Notes: generated from the letters alone by a model not told the origin. Shown: positions 11,501-20,771, counted from the first letter of the stretch. The stretch: 64,000 bases of DNA from Candidatus Delongbacteria bacterium (GCA_016937995.1 JAFGVM010000016.1:101224-165223); one strand, 5' to 3'. Numbers and translations: made by a program.

Positions 11501-12453
11501 TCAAATCCGAAATTTGTTAGATCATAATCACCATATTCGTAATAATCACCTTCTGGATCACCAAGTTCTCTGTAAGTGTTTCCAAAACCGTTCTGAGTAG
11601 TAAAATCTGAAGCTATATAATAAGTCGGCTTTTCACTCATACCAGGAATAGGTATCGGACCGCTTAGACTGAACTCACCTCTTGTATAATCAAGTCTGCT
11701 GTCACCAAGGAAAGTATCCGTAGTATATTTTGCATGTCCTGAAGTTTTTTCCTGATCACCGATCTTCATTACAATGTTAACACTTCCTGAAAGTGCATCA
11801 CCGTATTCCGCATCAGGAATACCTTTTTGTATATTGAATGATTCAACGTTTGCAAAGTTAATAGAAACCGGAGCATCTTTGGCACCGGTAGGGTCACCAA
11901 CAGAAATACCATCGATAACGTAGTTAACCTCACCTGATCTACCACCCCTGAAGTGAAGTTCACCGTCAGCGTCTTTTTTGATACCGGCCTGGCTGCTTAA
12001 AACATCTCCAACCTCTGTAACGGCCTGAGTTTCCATTGTTCCCATATCAACGCTTCTGACGGAGGTCGTAACGTCCATTTCCACTTTTTCTTCCTGAAAT
12101 ACTTCGATCTCAAGCTCTTTAATTTCAATTGCTTCTGAAATTAATTTAAAATTTTGTGAAGTTGTTAAACCTACTCTTACCTTCACATTTGAATAAGTTT
12201 TCGGGGAGTAACCGATGTACTCACATTTCAATTCGTAAGTTCCGGCTCTGACACCGATGATGTAGTAATAACCATCCTCATCCGTTTCAGCACCCCACGT
12301 TTTACCTACTACCATGATATTAGCACCTTCTAACGGCTCACCATTCTCATCAGTTACAATACCTTTGATCTTTCCGGTAGTTCCAGAGAACAGAATCGAG
12401 GAGAAGAGTGCGATCATCAAAATGACGATACTTCTTTTCATAGTTGGCTCCAT
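8596..12453 (-). CDS. Giant (1285 aa) outer-membrane beta-barrel. It has an N-terminal carboxypeptidase-regulatory-like domain, a TonB-dependent-receptor plug-like region, and a long acidic insert.
   Basis: Signal peptide. GKIKGIVTDENGEPLEGANIMVVGKTWGAETDEDGYYYIIGVRAGTYELK is a CarboxypepD_reg fold signature. ELHFRGGRSGEVNYVIDGISVGDP is plug-like. The C-terminal ...RHYRFGVSYTW ends with an aromatic residue, typical of OM barrels. Residues ~438-580 are Asp/Asn/Gly-rich (DNNQNGFFD, DLDQDGNWDNG, DANGNGQYDGD). Confidence 0.6.
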   Translation of the reverse strand: MEPTMKRSIVILMIALFSSILFSGTTGKIKGIVTDENGEPLEGANIMVVGKTWGAETDEDGYYYIIGVRAGTYELKCEYIGYSPKTYSNVKVRVGLTTSQNFKLISEAIEIKELEIEVFQEEKVEMDVTTSVRSVDMGTMETQAVTEVGDVLSSQAGIKKDADGELHFRGGRSGEVNYVIDGISVGDPTGAKDAPVSINFANVESFNIQKGIPDAEYGDALSGSVNIVMKIGDQEKTSGHAKYTTDTFLGDSRLDYTRGEFSLSGPIPIPGMSEKPTYYIASDFTTQNGFGNTYRELGDPEGDYYEYGDYDLTNFGFEIAQKRQNNFNIILKSAYQITPMMNLSASYTKSRTHDYNFSWLYRYTPQTADELITDVTVFNVNFKHTLSQQSYYDFIFSYYNRDFERLPGGKLPDEFVFTVDLDNFSFMRDDLIRNFKRDGGDAEGYVDNNQNGFFDREYFTDLDQDGNWDNGQEQDGGALETYVDANGNGQYDGDYLYDSNDNNAWDYWDTGKTYTGFAIDALGNPVTDQIYNSSVVEGYIDENLSGHYDQFIYSDDEQIGSYEHFVDGDRFLDTGEPFVDHKRLIYTGTQYKIQLLANDVWDEGQISEFVIQTKRVSDDSLMTDNTTTVPDFWGEVDYHANSQFYEADTLTWKVTRTYNGFDINDNPVSFEVEDWKIRITYPAEKYADLRSSLGSVEQTIPRFNDVYDGPWNNRFDEFEAYSSWRQSGSDTDYSNLGWTPGHAPSNIPGCGYVEYVGSYSVYRAPEDMYQGIPNYKDLVMDSYSTWEDFNDNDTYDTPNGLYDDGESFSDYNYDGAWNTNAGFLLPDYYLDGITYQKFDNTVLKFKGNYTNQINKFHMIKTGFELSLNNLDYYSIVNPYINYFEATSQFLEGDPYPYNGEEKTSYAYSPTEFSMYVQDKMEFEDLVVNAGIRLDMRTLDQDAIDYYEEQYDAQAFGYEEELEPTIFAISPRFGISHSISETSKLFFSYGHLYQKPTYTQVFAPNTSVGADPLFGNMNLGYQRNVQYELGVVNELGSYLIDVTGYFKDIYDMINTKTYEYGVTDATVYYNSDYGKSRGVEISVDRSLRDHYLWGLSYTLSYAYGKSSDEESNMDDEELEVKEFPLIWDERHSLSTYFTLVYGKGETLFNLPYTDNWTLGMNTSFGSGTPFTPSVEYYHYEVAEEDIETNSERLPWTSSTDIKFSKTFAFTGENNVSYGNLKLEFNVYNIFNKINVEEVWADTGSWWARSEEYYDNNPQNVNYAERFADPSHIGERRHYRFGVSYTW

Positions 12454-12843
12454 TGTTTATTAATTAAGTCTTTATTTTTTTAATAATAACCCTGCCTTCG
12501 TGTCAAGGTCTGTGATAATATAGTGTTATGAAAATAAAATTGCAAACTAAAAACAAATTTATTTCAATGAATTTACACGCTTTTTAATCCCTGTACAGAC
12601 GATTTTTATGAACATTCTACAGTGAACCTATCGTGTTATTATATCACAATATACGGCATGAGCTAATTATTTCAAATGTTCTTTATCATATCCATACCTG
12701 TTTTTCCCGGTAAATTTTTTTTTAATTTTTTTTTTCAGGTGAATGAACTTTTTTTTGATACCGAGTAGTTAAGTTCGTTGACATTAGTTCATAAAAGAAG
12801 TAAATTTTTCTTTTAATTTCACAAAATTTCTCAGGAGCTTTAG

Positions 12844-14073
12844 ATGCTGTCATCAAAAAATTTATCATCGGTAAGATTTTACCTGTTCATCCTTTTAATG
12901 ATCACAAATATTTTTTCTCAGGAGACCGGAATCGTTAAATCCCTCGTTGACAGCAAGACCGGCATCACATTCAACACCTTCCGGAGTGATTCTACTGAAA
13001 CTGTATTTTATGAAGTTAAAATAGACGGAGGACTTGTTTATGATTCTCCGAAAAATAATGCAGAGCTTGTATATTCAATGGACAAAAACTCTATCGTCGA
13101 ATTTCTAGAGGTAGGACCAAAGAAAAATTTTGTTAAGATAAGGCTTGTGGACACTCCCGGAAATTTTGTAGAAGGCTGGGTAAGGAATAATACTTTATCA
13201 AAAACAAAGCTCTACGGCAGGTCATTTATAGCATTTTCTAAAGAAAGTGGTGAAAAAAAAATGATCGAAAAATTATTCAATCCCAACTGGATCAACATGA
13301 CCGGGCAGAAACTATACTTTGGAGAAAATTTACAGGAAAATGCCTGCATCATAATGAACAAAGGAGATGTTGTTTATATAGATTCACTGGCAAATGGAAT
13401 TGCAAAAGTAAAATATTTAAAGAGTGGCGGAGTTTACTCGACCGGCTATATAAAAACAGAAGCTTTATCTTCACTTGCTGTCATCGACAGTTCAAGAACA
13501 GATTTTGATGATCTGTATAATATGATAGATCCACTGGTGTTAGCTCATGACCTGAATAAAAGCGGCTTTATCTCTTTCACCGGAATGATTATCTCTGATG
13601 AGATCCAAAAAAGCATAAATGAAGATAAGATATGCAGAGAGGTCGGCCAGGACTCGCTTATGTATAAATTCACCTACAGTGAGAATGTAAACGACATAAA
13701 AAAAATATTCATCCGAAAATCAGATAAACCTGAACTACGTTACGCAATGTACAGGATCCTGCCTGATGAAAATATTATAACCAGAGCTGACACGATAAAA
13801 TGTAAAGTTATTGAAATAGTACATACTCCGAAAAGCGCATCAATATCATTGAAGAACATTGAAGAGACAGAGATCACAAATGAGATCTCGAAGTTCTATG
13901 TTCATCATTTGGATAATTTTGATATGGATATTGTTTTTCAGAAAGAAACAAATGAATATTTCTGGGCATATAAAAAGGATCTAGCCACAGGGGAATATCT
14001 GGAGAAAAATTATAAGCCTACCAAGGTTGTCAAAAGAGTAACCGCTTTTAAAAAATACGATCTTGAAAAATAG
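12844..14073 (+). CDS. Hypothetical secreted/periplasmic protein.
   Basis: 409-aa ORF with a hydrophobic N-terminus (FYLFILLMITNIFSQE). No recognisable catalytic motif. Convergent with the following gene. Confidence 0.4.
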   Translation: MLSSKNLSSVRFYLFILLMITNIFSQETGIVKSLVDSKTGITFNTFRSDSTETVFYEVKIDGGLVYDSPKNNAELVYSMDKNSIVEFLEVGPKKNFVKIRLVDTPGNFVEGWVRNNTLSKTKLYGRSFIAFSKESGEKKMIEKLFNPNWINMTGQKLYFGENLQENACIIMNKGDVVYIDSLANGIAKVKYLKSGGVYSTGYIKTEALSSLAVIDSSRTDFDDLYNMIDPLVLAHDLNKSGFISFTGMIISDEIQKSINEDKICREVGQDSLMYKFTYSENVNDIKKIFIRKSDKPELRYAMYRILPDENIITRADTIKCKVIEIVHTPKSASISLKNIEETEITNEISKFYVHHLDNFDMDIVFQKETNEYFWAYKKDLATGEYLEKNYKPTKVVKRVTAFKKYDLEK

Positions 14074-14075
14074 GA

Positions 14076-16010
14076 TCATTCCTTTTTAAAGATATTTCCG
14101 TTAATGATCAATACGGTCAATACCAGAATGACAACTGATGATCCATACATCATCCAGTCAGTCTCCAGAAAACTTACTGTGCTCTCATCTATCGTCTTGT
14201 CATCTATCATTTTCATGACCGATATTGAATAAGCATTATTTACAAAATGGAAAACAATTGCCGGAATTATAGATCCTGACCTTAGAGTGATCATTGTCAA
14301 TAAAACACCAAGTAATGCCGTTTCTAAAAGTGTAAATACGTTCAAATGCATAATGCCGAACATCAATCCTACGATCACAGATACTTTTAACAATGAGTAT
14401 TTTTTCTCCAGCATATACAGAAATATACCTCTGAAAGTAAATTCCTCAAACAGAGCGGGTAAAACTGATATTACAGCTAATAATTGCCAGTAATTAAGAT
14501 CTCCCAATCCGGTTTGGAGCAGATCTGAACTCTCAATTATCCTCGGTATCGGGAAAAAGTAAAAGAATCCGTCTTTAACTATTGAAATAGGGTATCTTGC
14601 AAATAAGCCAAAGAACAATGCTATCAGAAGATAAACAGGATTGAATTTCCTGATCTTCAGTATTTTAAAATAATCTCCGCCGTTCTTTCTGACCATCAAA
14701 ACTATGAAAACTCCAAGAATACCTGCCTGGGAATAGATTAAACCTGATACAATATCTTTTCCCTGAAGATATCCTCCAAGAAGCATATATCCCACCACCA
14801 GGATAGCGAATAAAGTAAACACCATTGCAGGTGAATATGTATTTTCCGAGTCTTTCAGGTTTGAATCCGTTTTTAAAATAGCTTCGCTGTTGAGGTAAGA
14901 TGAACTCAGGTTTATGAAAAAGACTGAATAGGCAAGATTGGCTGCGATCACGATCATGCTGTCAAGCATTACAAATTTATCTACAAGAACTGATTTAATA
15001 ATACCTGCGGAATTAATTATTGGAATAAAAAGCAAACCTCTTTTTATTTCTACACCTTCGAAAGTACCCAACAATGTTAGCAGTAAATATACGATCATGA
15101 TCGGCATGAAAAGTAATTGGCCGGCAGTTGATGATTTTATTTTGCATGAGATAAATACTGATATTGAAGCTATCAGAGTAGTGACAGAAATTACCAGCAG
15201 TAACAATAGAACAATATTGCCTGAATTAAAAGATATTCCAAAGTTGAATACACCGGTGAAATGCCCGTACACCATGAAAGAGATCATTTCAAGAAATGAC
15301 ATCAGTATCCCTGCTAAGAATATAATACCGAGTTTTCCGTAGATTATATCGCGTCTGTCGACTCCGCTTGCCAGAAGCGATTCAAGAGTATTATTATCTT
15401 TTTCTCCAAGGATAACATAGTTGGATATCATAAATGTTCCGACCATAAGTATCAGTATCAGTGACACCGGTAACATTACAGAATGCTTTGAATTTTGCAT
15501 CTCCTCTATGGTGGAAGTATTGAATTCATCAAACTTTTTTGACACCTCATATTCACTGACCCCGATACTCTGATATCTTTCTGATCTGATGCTGTCCCTG
15601 AGAGCGTATATCTTTCCTGATATTTGCTTTGCTTTTATGCTGTTCTTATCATTTTTTGCTGAATAATGGATCTTGAAAGTTGCGAAACCGGTCGAATCTC
15701 TTTCAATATTTATCGCTGCAGTATATTCTTTCAGTAATGAATCCAGATCTCCGAGCTTTTCAACATACTCAACTACTAAAGTTGTGTCCTGGGCATCATT
15801 AAATTGTGAAAGAACTTCTTCTGCAAGAGAATCCCTTTCCACCAGAACTGTTGCTTTCCTTTCATATATTTTCTCAAGTTGTGAACTTACGACTTTTGAT
15901 AGAACTCCGTTAAGCAGCGGAAATGCTATCAATGGTAAAATAAAAACGAAGAATATCGTTTTTTTATCTCTTAGGAGTTGTTTAGCTTCGAATTTAAAGA
16001 TCTTTTTCAT
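14076..16010 (-). CDS. Fusion membrane protein. The N-terminal half is ABC-2-type permease-like (one TM, a large loop, then a TM bundle). The C-terminal part is a CPBP (CAAX-protease-like) intramembrane metalloprotease domain.
   Basis: The N-terminus MKKIFKFEAKQLLRDKKTIFFVFILPLIAFPLL, followed by a ~150-aa loop and then multiple TMs, is the ABC-2 permease architecture. The C-terminal region carries the three CPBP motifs in order: EEFTFR (EExxxR), FGIMH (FxxxH) and HFVNN (HxxxN). No ATPase partner gene is adjacent. Confidence 0.6.
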   Translation of the reverse strand: MKKIFKFEAKQLLRDKKTIFFVFILPLIAFPLLNGVLSKVVSSQLEKIYERKATVLVERDSLAEEVLSQFNDAQDTTLVVEYVEKLGDLDSLLKEYTAAINIERDSTGFATFKIHYSAKNDKNSIKAKQISGKIYALRDSIRSERYQSIGVSEYEVSKKFDEFNTSTIEEMQNSKHSVMLPVSLILILMVGTFMISNYVILGEKDNNTLESLLASGVDRRDIIYGKLGIIFLAGILMSFLEMISFMVYGHFTGVFNFGISFNSGNIVLLLLLVISVTTLIASISVFISCKIKSSTAGQLLFMPIMIVYLLLTLLGTFEGVEIKRGLLFIPIINSAGIIKSVLVDKFVMLDSMIVIAANLAYSVFFINLSSSYLNSEAILKTDSNLKDSENTYSPAMVFTLFAILVVGYMLLGGYLQGKDIVSGLIYSQAGILGVFIVLMVRKNGGDYFKILKIRKFNPVYLLIALFFGLFARYPISIVKDGFFYFFPIPRIIESSDLLQTGLGDLNYWQLLAVISVLPALFEEFTFRGIFLYMLEKKYSLLKVSVIVGLMFGIMHLNVFTLLETALLGVLLTMITLRSGSIIPAIVFHFVNNAYSISVMKMIDDKTIDESTVSFLETDWMMYGSSVVILVLTVLIINGNIFKKE

Positions 16011-16195
16011 AGAAAAGAATGATAAGCATAAATGAAAAATGTTTCAAGGACATTATTTTGTTTATTTGCAAATTGCTGGACATTGGATTTTCGTAGAGTA
16101 ACAGATTCCTGCGTTCACTACGGATCACTGACCGTTTTATTTTGCTTTAATAAGAAATAAATATAGATATTCACTTCTTTGTTTTTTATATTTTC

Positions 16196-17533
16196 ATGAC
16201 ACTAATGCTTAGTATAAATTCGGGAAAACAGATGGAAAACTACATATTCATATCAAGTATACTCACACTTATCATAGCTGTAATAATTCTGATGAAAACT
16301 TCAATTGCATCGAAAGATACTGCAATAGATAAACTGATCGAAAAAAACGATTCACTTATAAAAGATGAATTTTCAAGGAACAGAACTGAGAACGCAACTA
16401 TTTTTAAACAGAACAGAGAAGAGCAGAATAATTCATTTTCAACTTTTGAAGAAAAACTTGATAAAAACACCAGAGAGCAGAATGAGCAGCTTAAGATAAA
16501 ATTTGAAGATCTGATAAATATCCAGAAAGAACTTAACAAAACAGTAGAAGAAAAAACCGAAAAGATCAGAGAGTCGGTTGAGAACAAGCTTAAAGATATT
16601 CAGGAAAACAATACAAAAAAACTCGAAGAAATGAGAGTCACAGTCGATGAAAAACTTCACAAAACTTTGGAAACAAGGCTCGGTGAATCTTTCAAACTTG
16701 TAAGTGACAGACTTGAAAAAGTACAGAAAGGACTTGGAGAAATGCAGTCTCTTGCAAATAACGTTGGTGATCTTCAGAAAGTACTTACAAATGTAAAGAC
16801 CCGTGGTATGATGGGTGAATATCAGCTTGAGAATATACTAGAGCAAATACTGACCATTGAGCAGTATGAAAAAAATGCAGTTACCAAGATCGGCTCTACT
16901 CAGAGAGTCGAATTTGCTGTAATACTTCCCGGTAGAAAAGATGATAAGAAAGTTTATCTTCCAATTGATGCCAAATTCCCTGTGGAAAGTTATATGACAT
17001 TAAATCAGGCTATTGATGATAATAACTTAGCCGAGATATCTACCGAAAGAAAGAAATTCCAGGATGCTGTGAAAAAAAGTGCTAAAGATATTTATGAAAA
17101 ATATATCGACCCTCCAAATACGACTGATTTTGCATTGATGTTTCTTCCAATTGAAGGACTTTTCGCTGAAGTGATGCGAGTTCCGGGACTTTTTGAGGAG
17201 ATAAAGAATAAATATAAAGTCATTATGACAGGCCCTACAACCCTATCTGCCCTTTTGAACAGTCTACAGATGGGATTTAGAACACTTGCCATTGAAAAAC
17301 GAACAAGTGAAGTCTGGGAAGTTCTTGGTGCAGTGAAAACTGAATTTGGAAAGTTTGGAGATATCCTGTCAAAAACTAAGAAAAAACTTCAGGAAGCAAG
17401 TAACGTAATTGAGACTGCTGATGTAAGAACGAGAGCAATGGAAAGAAAACTTAGAGATGTAGAAGAACTTTCTCAGGAAAAAACCGATTCATTGCTGGGT
17501 GAACAGGAATTGATAGAACATATTGAAATTTAA
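16196..17533 (+). CDS. rmuC: DNA recombination protein RmuC. The start may instead be the internal Met at 16232.
   Basis: N-terminal TM, then a long coiled-coil (E/K/Q-rich) and a C-terminal RmuC nuclease-like domain (YLPIDAKFPVESY...ALMFLPIEGLFAEV...). This is the typical RmuC architecture. Confidence 0.7.
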   Translation: MTLMLSINSGKQMENYIFISSILTLIIAVIILMKTSIASKDTAIDKLIEKNDSLIKDEFSRNRTENATIFKQNREEQNNSFSTFEEKLDKNTREQNEQLKIKFEDLINIQKELNKTVEEKTEKIRESVENKLKDIQENNTKKLEEMRVTVDEKLHKTLETRLGESFKLVSDRLEKVQKGLGEMQSLANNVGDLQKVLTNVKTRGMMGEYQLENILEQILTIEQYEKNAVTKIGSTQRVEFAVILPGRKDDKKVYLPIDAKFPVESYMTLNQAIDDNNLAEISTERKKFQDAVKKSAKDIYEKYIDPPNTTDFALMFLPIEGLFAEVMRVPGLFEEIKNKYKVIMTGPTTLSALLNSLQMGFRTLAIEKRTSEVWEVLGAVKTEFGKFGDILSKTKKKLQEASNVIETADVRTRAMERKLRDVEELSQEKTDSLLGEQELIEHIEI

Positions 17534-17549
17534 CGGATAAAGGGAAAAA

Positions 17550-18098
17550 ATGTCCAAACCGGGAGATGGTGGTTTATTTATATTTCTACCTGATGAACTG
17601 AGTGAAAAAATCGTTTCATGGCAAAAGAAACTTAATGAGACCGACAAACCGATGCCTAAGCCTCATGTCACTCTGATATATCCTTCTTTCTTTGACCGGT
17701 CTGAATGGCCGGAGAACAGAAGGTCTGTGGTCGAATGTATAAAGCAGTTCAAACCCTTTTCATTGGAATTAAACAAGATAGATATTTTCAAAGATCCTTA
17801 CTTTCTATGGGTCGGACCCGGTTACAATGAGCAGAATAGAAAGCTATTTGAAATGAACGAGATGCTCGTTAAAAAATTCGAAGATAGAATGACAGGATTA
17901 AATCTCGTTCCTTTCACTCCTCATGTATCAGTGGGAACTTATATCTCTGAGAATAAACTGGATAAATCAAAGGCAGAACTCACAGAGCTGCTGAAGACCA
18001 ATACTCTAAGGTTCGATGTGAAAGAAGTATATTACACGGTTCTGGACACAGATTTCAGATGGAAGATCCATGATCTTATATCTTTGGGAGTGAAATGA
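17550..18098 (+). CDS. 2H phosphoesterase superfamily protein (LigT/ThpR-like RNA 2',3'-cyclic phosphodiesterase).
   Basis: Two H-x-T/S-x motifs, PHVTLIYP and PHVSVGTY, spaced ~90 aa apart. Size 182 aa. Confidence 0.55.
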   Translation: MSKPGDGGLFIFLPDELSEKIVSWQKKLNETDKPMPKPHVTLIYPSFFDRSEWPENRRSVVECIKQFKPFSLELNKIDIFKDPYFLWVGPGYNEQNRKLFEMNEMLVKKFEDRMTGLNLVPFTPHVSVGTYISENKLDKSKAELTELLKTNTLRFDVKEVYYTVLDTDFRWKIHDLISLGVK

Positions 18099-19102
18099 TA
18101 ATTTTAGGAATAGAAAGTTCATGTGACGATACTTCTGCTGCTGTTTTGGAAGACGGTAGAATTTTATCTGTTGTTACACATACTCAGAACGAACATGTTG
18201 AATTTGGCGGAATTATACCCGAGATAGCTTCAAGAGCCCACTTAAAATATATTTCCGAGATAATAAAAAAAGCGTTGAAAGATAGCAATAAAACTCTACA
18301 GGACATCGATGCTGTCGGGGTTACTCACGGTCCCGGGCTTGTGGGTCCTCTTTTAGTGGGAGTAAATACAGCCAAAGGCATTAGTTATTCCCTTGGTGTA
18401 CCGATCATTCCTGTTAACCATATAGAGGCACATATCTTAGCAAATTACATTGAGCATGATAATGAATTGAAGACGCCTTTCGTTGTTTTAGTAGTTTCAG
18501 GCGGACACACCGAACTTATCTACGTTAAAGAAATCGGCCATTATGAACTTATAGGAAAGACAAGGGATGATGCTGCCGGAGAGTGTATTGACAAGGTTTC
18601 AAAAATGATGGGACTCGGTTTCCCCGGTGGAAGGATCATAGATGAACTTGCAGCAAAAGGCGATAATGATTTTCACAGATTTCCAAGAGCTATGAGCGAT
18701 ACTTTAGACTTCAGTTTCAGCGGTTTAAAAACTTCCGTTAAAGTTTTTCTGGAGAAACATGATCAGGAATTTTTAAAAAAGAATATAAACAATATTGCTG
18801 CTTCTTTCCTTGATGCAGTCACTGATTCGTTATCAAAGAAACTTCTTAAAGCTGCAAAGGTCTATAAGTGTGATACTATACTTCTTGCAGGAGGTGTCTC
18901 AGCGAATACTATGCTCAGAAAAAAATTGGATCGTGCCGTCAAACCAAAAAAAATGAAACTATTTTATCCTTCTCCAAAATATTGCACTGACAATGCTGCA
19001 ATGGTAGCGATAACAGCATACAAGAAGACTCAGATGTCCTCAATAAACAGCCTCAATGTTATGGATATGGAAGCTGTTCCTTTCCTTAGGCTTTCAGAAT
19101 AA
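18095..19102 (+). CDS. tsaD: tRNA N6-adenosine threonylcarbamoyltransferase TsaD (Kae1/Gcp family).
   Basis: MIILGIESSCDDTSAAVL N-terminus. HIEAH metal-binding motif (VNHIEAHILAN). GPGLVGPLLVG. Length 335 aa. Confidence 0.9.
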   Translation: MIILGIESSCDDTSAAVLEDGRILSVVTHTQNEHVEFGGIIPEIASRAHLKYISEIIKKALKDSNKTLQDIDAVGVTHGPGLVGPLLVGVNTAKGISYSLGVPIIPVNHIEAHILANYIEHDNELKTPFVVLVVSGGHTELIYVKEIGHYELIGKTRDDAAGECIDKVSKMMGLGFPGGRIIDELAAKGDNDFHRFPRAMSDTLDFSFSGLKTSVKVFLEKHDQEFLKKNINNIAASFLDAVTDSLSKKLLKAAKVYKCDTILLAGGVSANTMLRKKLDRAVKPKKMKLFYPSPKYCTDNAAMVAITAYKKTQMSSINSLNVMDMEAVPFLRLSE

Positions 19103-19184
19103 GAATTTGACTTTATAAGAACCCTATTTTATATTGAACGCATAAATAATAACAACCATAAATAAATTTCATAAGTGATAAGAA

Positions 19185-20126
19185 ATGGATAAAAACGAAT
19201 TGATCGAAAAAATAAATGAGCTAAAAAAGAAAAAAAATGCAGTTATTTTAGTTCATTCTTACCAAAGACAGGAAGTTCATGCTGTTGCTGATTTTATCGG
19301 CGATTCTTTGGCCTTAGCAAGAGAGGCAGCTAAAACTGATGCTGACATGATCGTTTTCTGCGGGGTCGATTTTATGGCTGAAAGCGCTAAGATCCTTTTA
19401 CCGGAGAAAAAAGTTCTGCTTCCTTCAGAAGATGCAAAATGCCCTATGGCCATGATGGCAAATGCTGAAAGTCTTAGAGAAATGAAGAAGAAGTATCCTG
19501 AAGCTGTTGTGATCACCTATATTAACTCTTCTGCGGAAGTCAAAGCGGAAAGCGATATTGTCTGTACTTCAGCAAACGCTTTGGAGATAGTGGAGTTCTA
19601 TAAAGATAAAAAAATCATTTTTACACCTGATAAACATCTTGGTAATTATTGTAAGGAAGTCACCGGAGCTGATATTGTACTCTGGGATGGATATTGTTAT
19701 GTTCATGATGAATTCAGTATCGGTGATATTTATATAGCTAAACACGAACATCCAAACTGTGTGCTTCTGGTGCACCCGGAATCTCCAAAGGATGTTTTAG
19801 ATATTGCTGATTTTATCGGCTCAACTTCCCAGATAATGAGGTTTGTAGATGAAAATGCTGGTAAACTGGACGAAGATGAGGGTTTCATAATCGGAACTGA
19901 AGTTGAGATCGGAAAAGCTTTACAGAAAAAATATCCGGAAGAGAGGATATACAATCTGGCAGAACATGCTGTTTGTACCCAGATGAAAAGAACAACACTG
20001 GAAAAAGTTTATGAATCTCTGATGGAAGAAGAAACTGAGATATTTGTGGAAGAGAGTATTCGTATTAAAGCTTTGAAAGCTCTGGACGCGATGCTGGAAC
20101 TCAGTGAAAAATTAGGGAGTAAATGA
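19185..20126 (+). CDS. nadA: Quinolinate synthase NadA.
   Basis: LVHSYQRQEV...ADFIGDSLALAREAAKTDADMIVFCGVDFMAESAKIL, with conserved Cys positions and the triple-repeat architecture. 313 aa. Confidence 0.85.
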   Translation: MDKNELIEKINELKKKKNAVILVHSYQRQEVHAVADFIGDSLALAREAAKTDADMIVFCGVDFMAESAKILLPEKKVLLPSEDAKCPMAMMANAESLREMKKKYPEAVVITYINSSAEVKAESDIVCTSANALEIVEFYKDKKIIFTPDKHLGNYCKEVTGADIVLWDGYCYVHDEFSIGDIYIAKHEHPNCVLLVHPESPKDVLDIADFIGSTSQIMRFVDENAGKLDEDEGFIIGTEVEIGKALQKKYPEERIYNLAEHAVCTQMKRTTLEKVYESLMEEETEIFVEESIRIKALKALDAMLELSEKLGSK

Positions 20127-20755
20127 TGATAATTTCTTTGCATGAAGAAAATCCGAAGAAAAGAGATATTGATTCCATCGTTGAAACTTTGAAAGATGGA
20201 GGAGTTATTATTTACCCAACAGATACCGGATATTCTTTCGGGTGTGACTTGTTCAGCAAAAAGGGTGTAGAAAAAATAATTCGGTTGAAGAATATTGACA
20301 AAAGAAAAACTTTAAGCTTTGTATGCAACAGCTTTTCTCAGATTAGTGAATATGCAGATATTTCCAATGAAGCACATAAGATCCTTAAACAGCATTTGCC
20401 AGGTCCTTATACTTTTATTTTTAAGGCTTTGAATTCAGTCTCAAAAATAGTATGCGGTGAAAAGAAAAAGGTCGGAATCAGGATCCCGAAGAACAATATC
20501 GACTTTGCATTAGTAGAATCATTAGGGAATCCGATCATCAGCTCCAGTGTTAACAAATATACTGATCTGCTTGAGGATAATATTGTAGCATTGATCGATC
20601 CTGTAGAAATAGACAAAATTCTTGGTAAGCAGGTTGATGTTGTAATAGATTGCGGCATCATAAAACCGGAATTTTCCACAGTGATCGACCTTTCAACTGA
20701 TCTCGTTGAAATTATTAGAGAAGGTAAAGGACCGATCGACTGGTTCACCGATTAA
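20123..20755 (+). CDS. tsaC: L-threonylcarbamoyladenylate synthase, YrdC/Sua5 (TsaC) family.
   Basis: YrdC-domain motifs (IIYPTDTGYSFGCDL, KRKTLSFVC, HLPGPYTFIF). 210 aa. Start codon overlaps the nadA stop. tsaD is nearby. Confidence 0.75.
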   Translation: MMIISLHEENPKKRDIDSIVETLKDGGVIIYPTDTGYSFGCDLFSKKGVEKIIRLKNIDKRKTLSFVCNSFSQISEYADISNEAHKILKQHLPGPYTFIFKALNSVSKIVCGEKKKVGIRIPKNNIDFALVESLGNPIISSSVNKYTDLLEDNIVALIDPVEIDKILGKQVDVVIDCGIIKPEFSTVIDLSTDLVEIIREGKGPIDWFTD

Positions 20756-20771
20756 ACAAAATGGGACCGAT

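Noticed and set aside
16240-16660. Minus-strand ORFs of 115 and 73 aa, Phe/Ser-rich.
   Set aside because: They are antisense to the Lys/Glu-rich coiled-coil region of rmuC. This is a mirror-composition artefact.
20706-20771. Listed PorQ-like ORF start at 20706, overlapping tsaC by 50 nt.
   Set aside because: The upstream extension lacks a signal peptide. The Met at 20772 yields a canonical signal peptide and removes the overlap.
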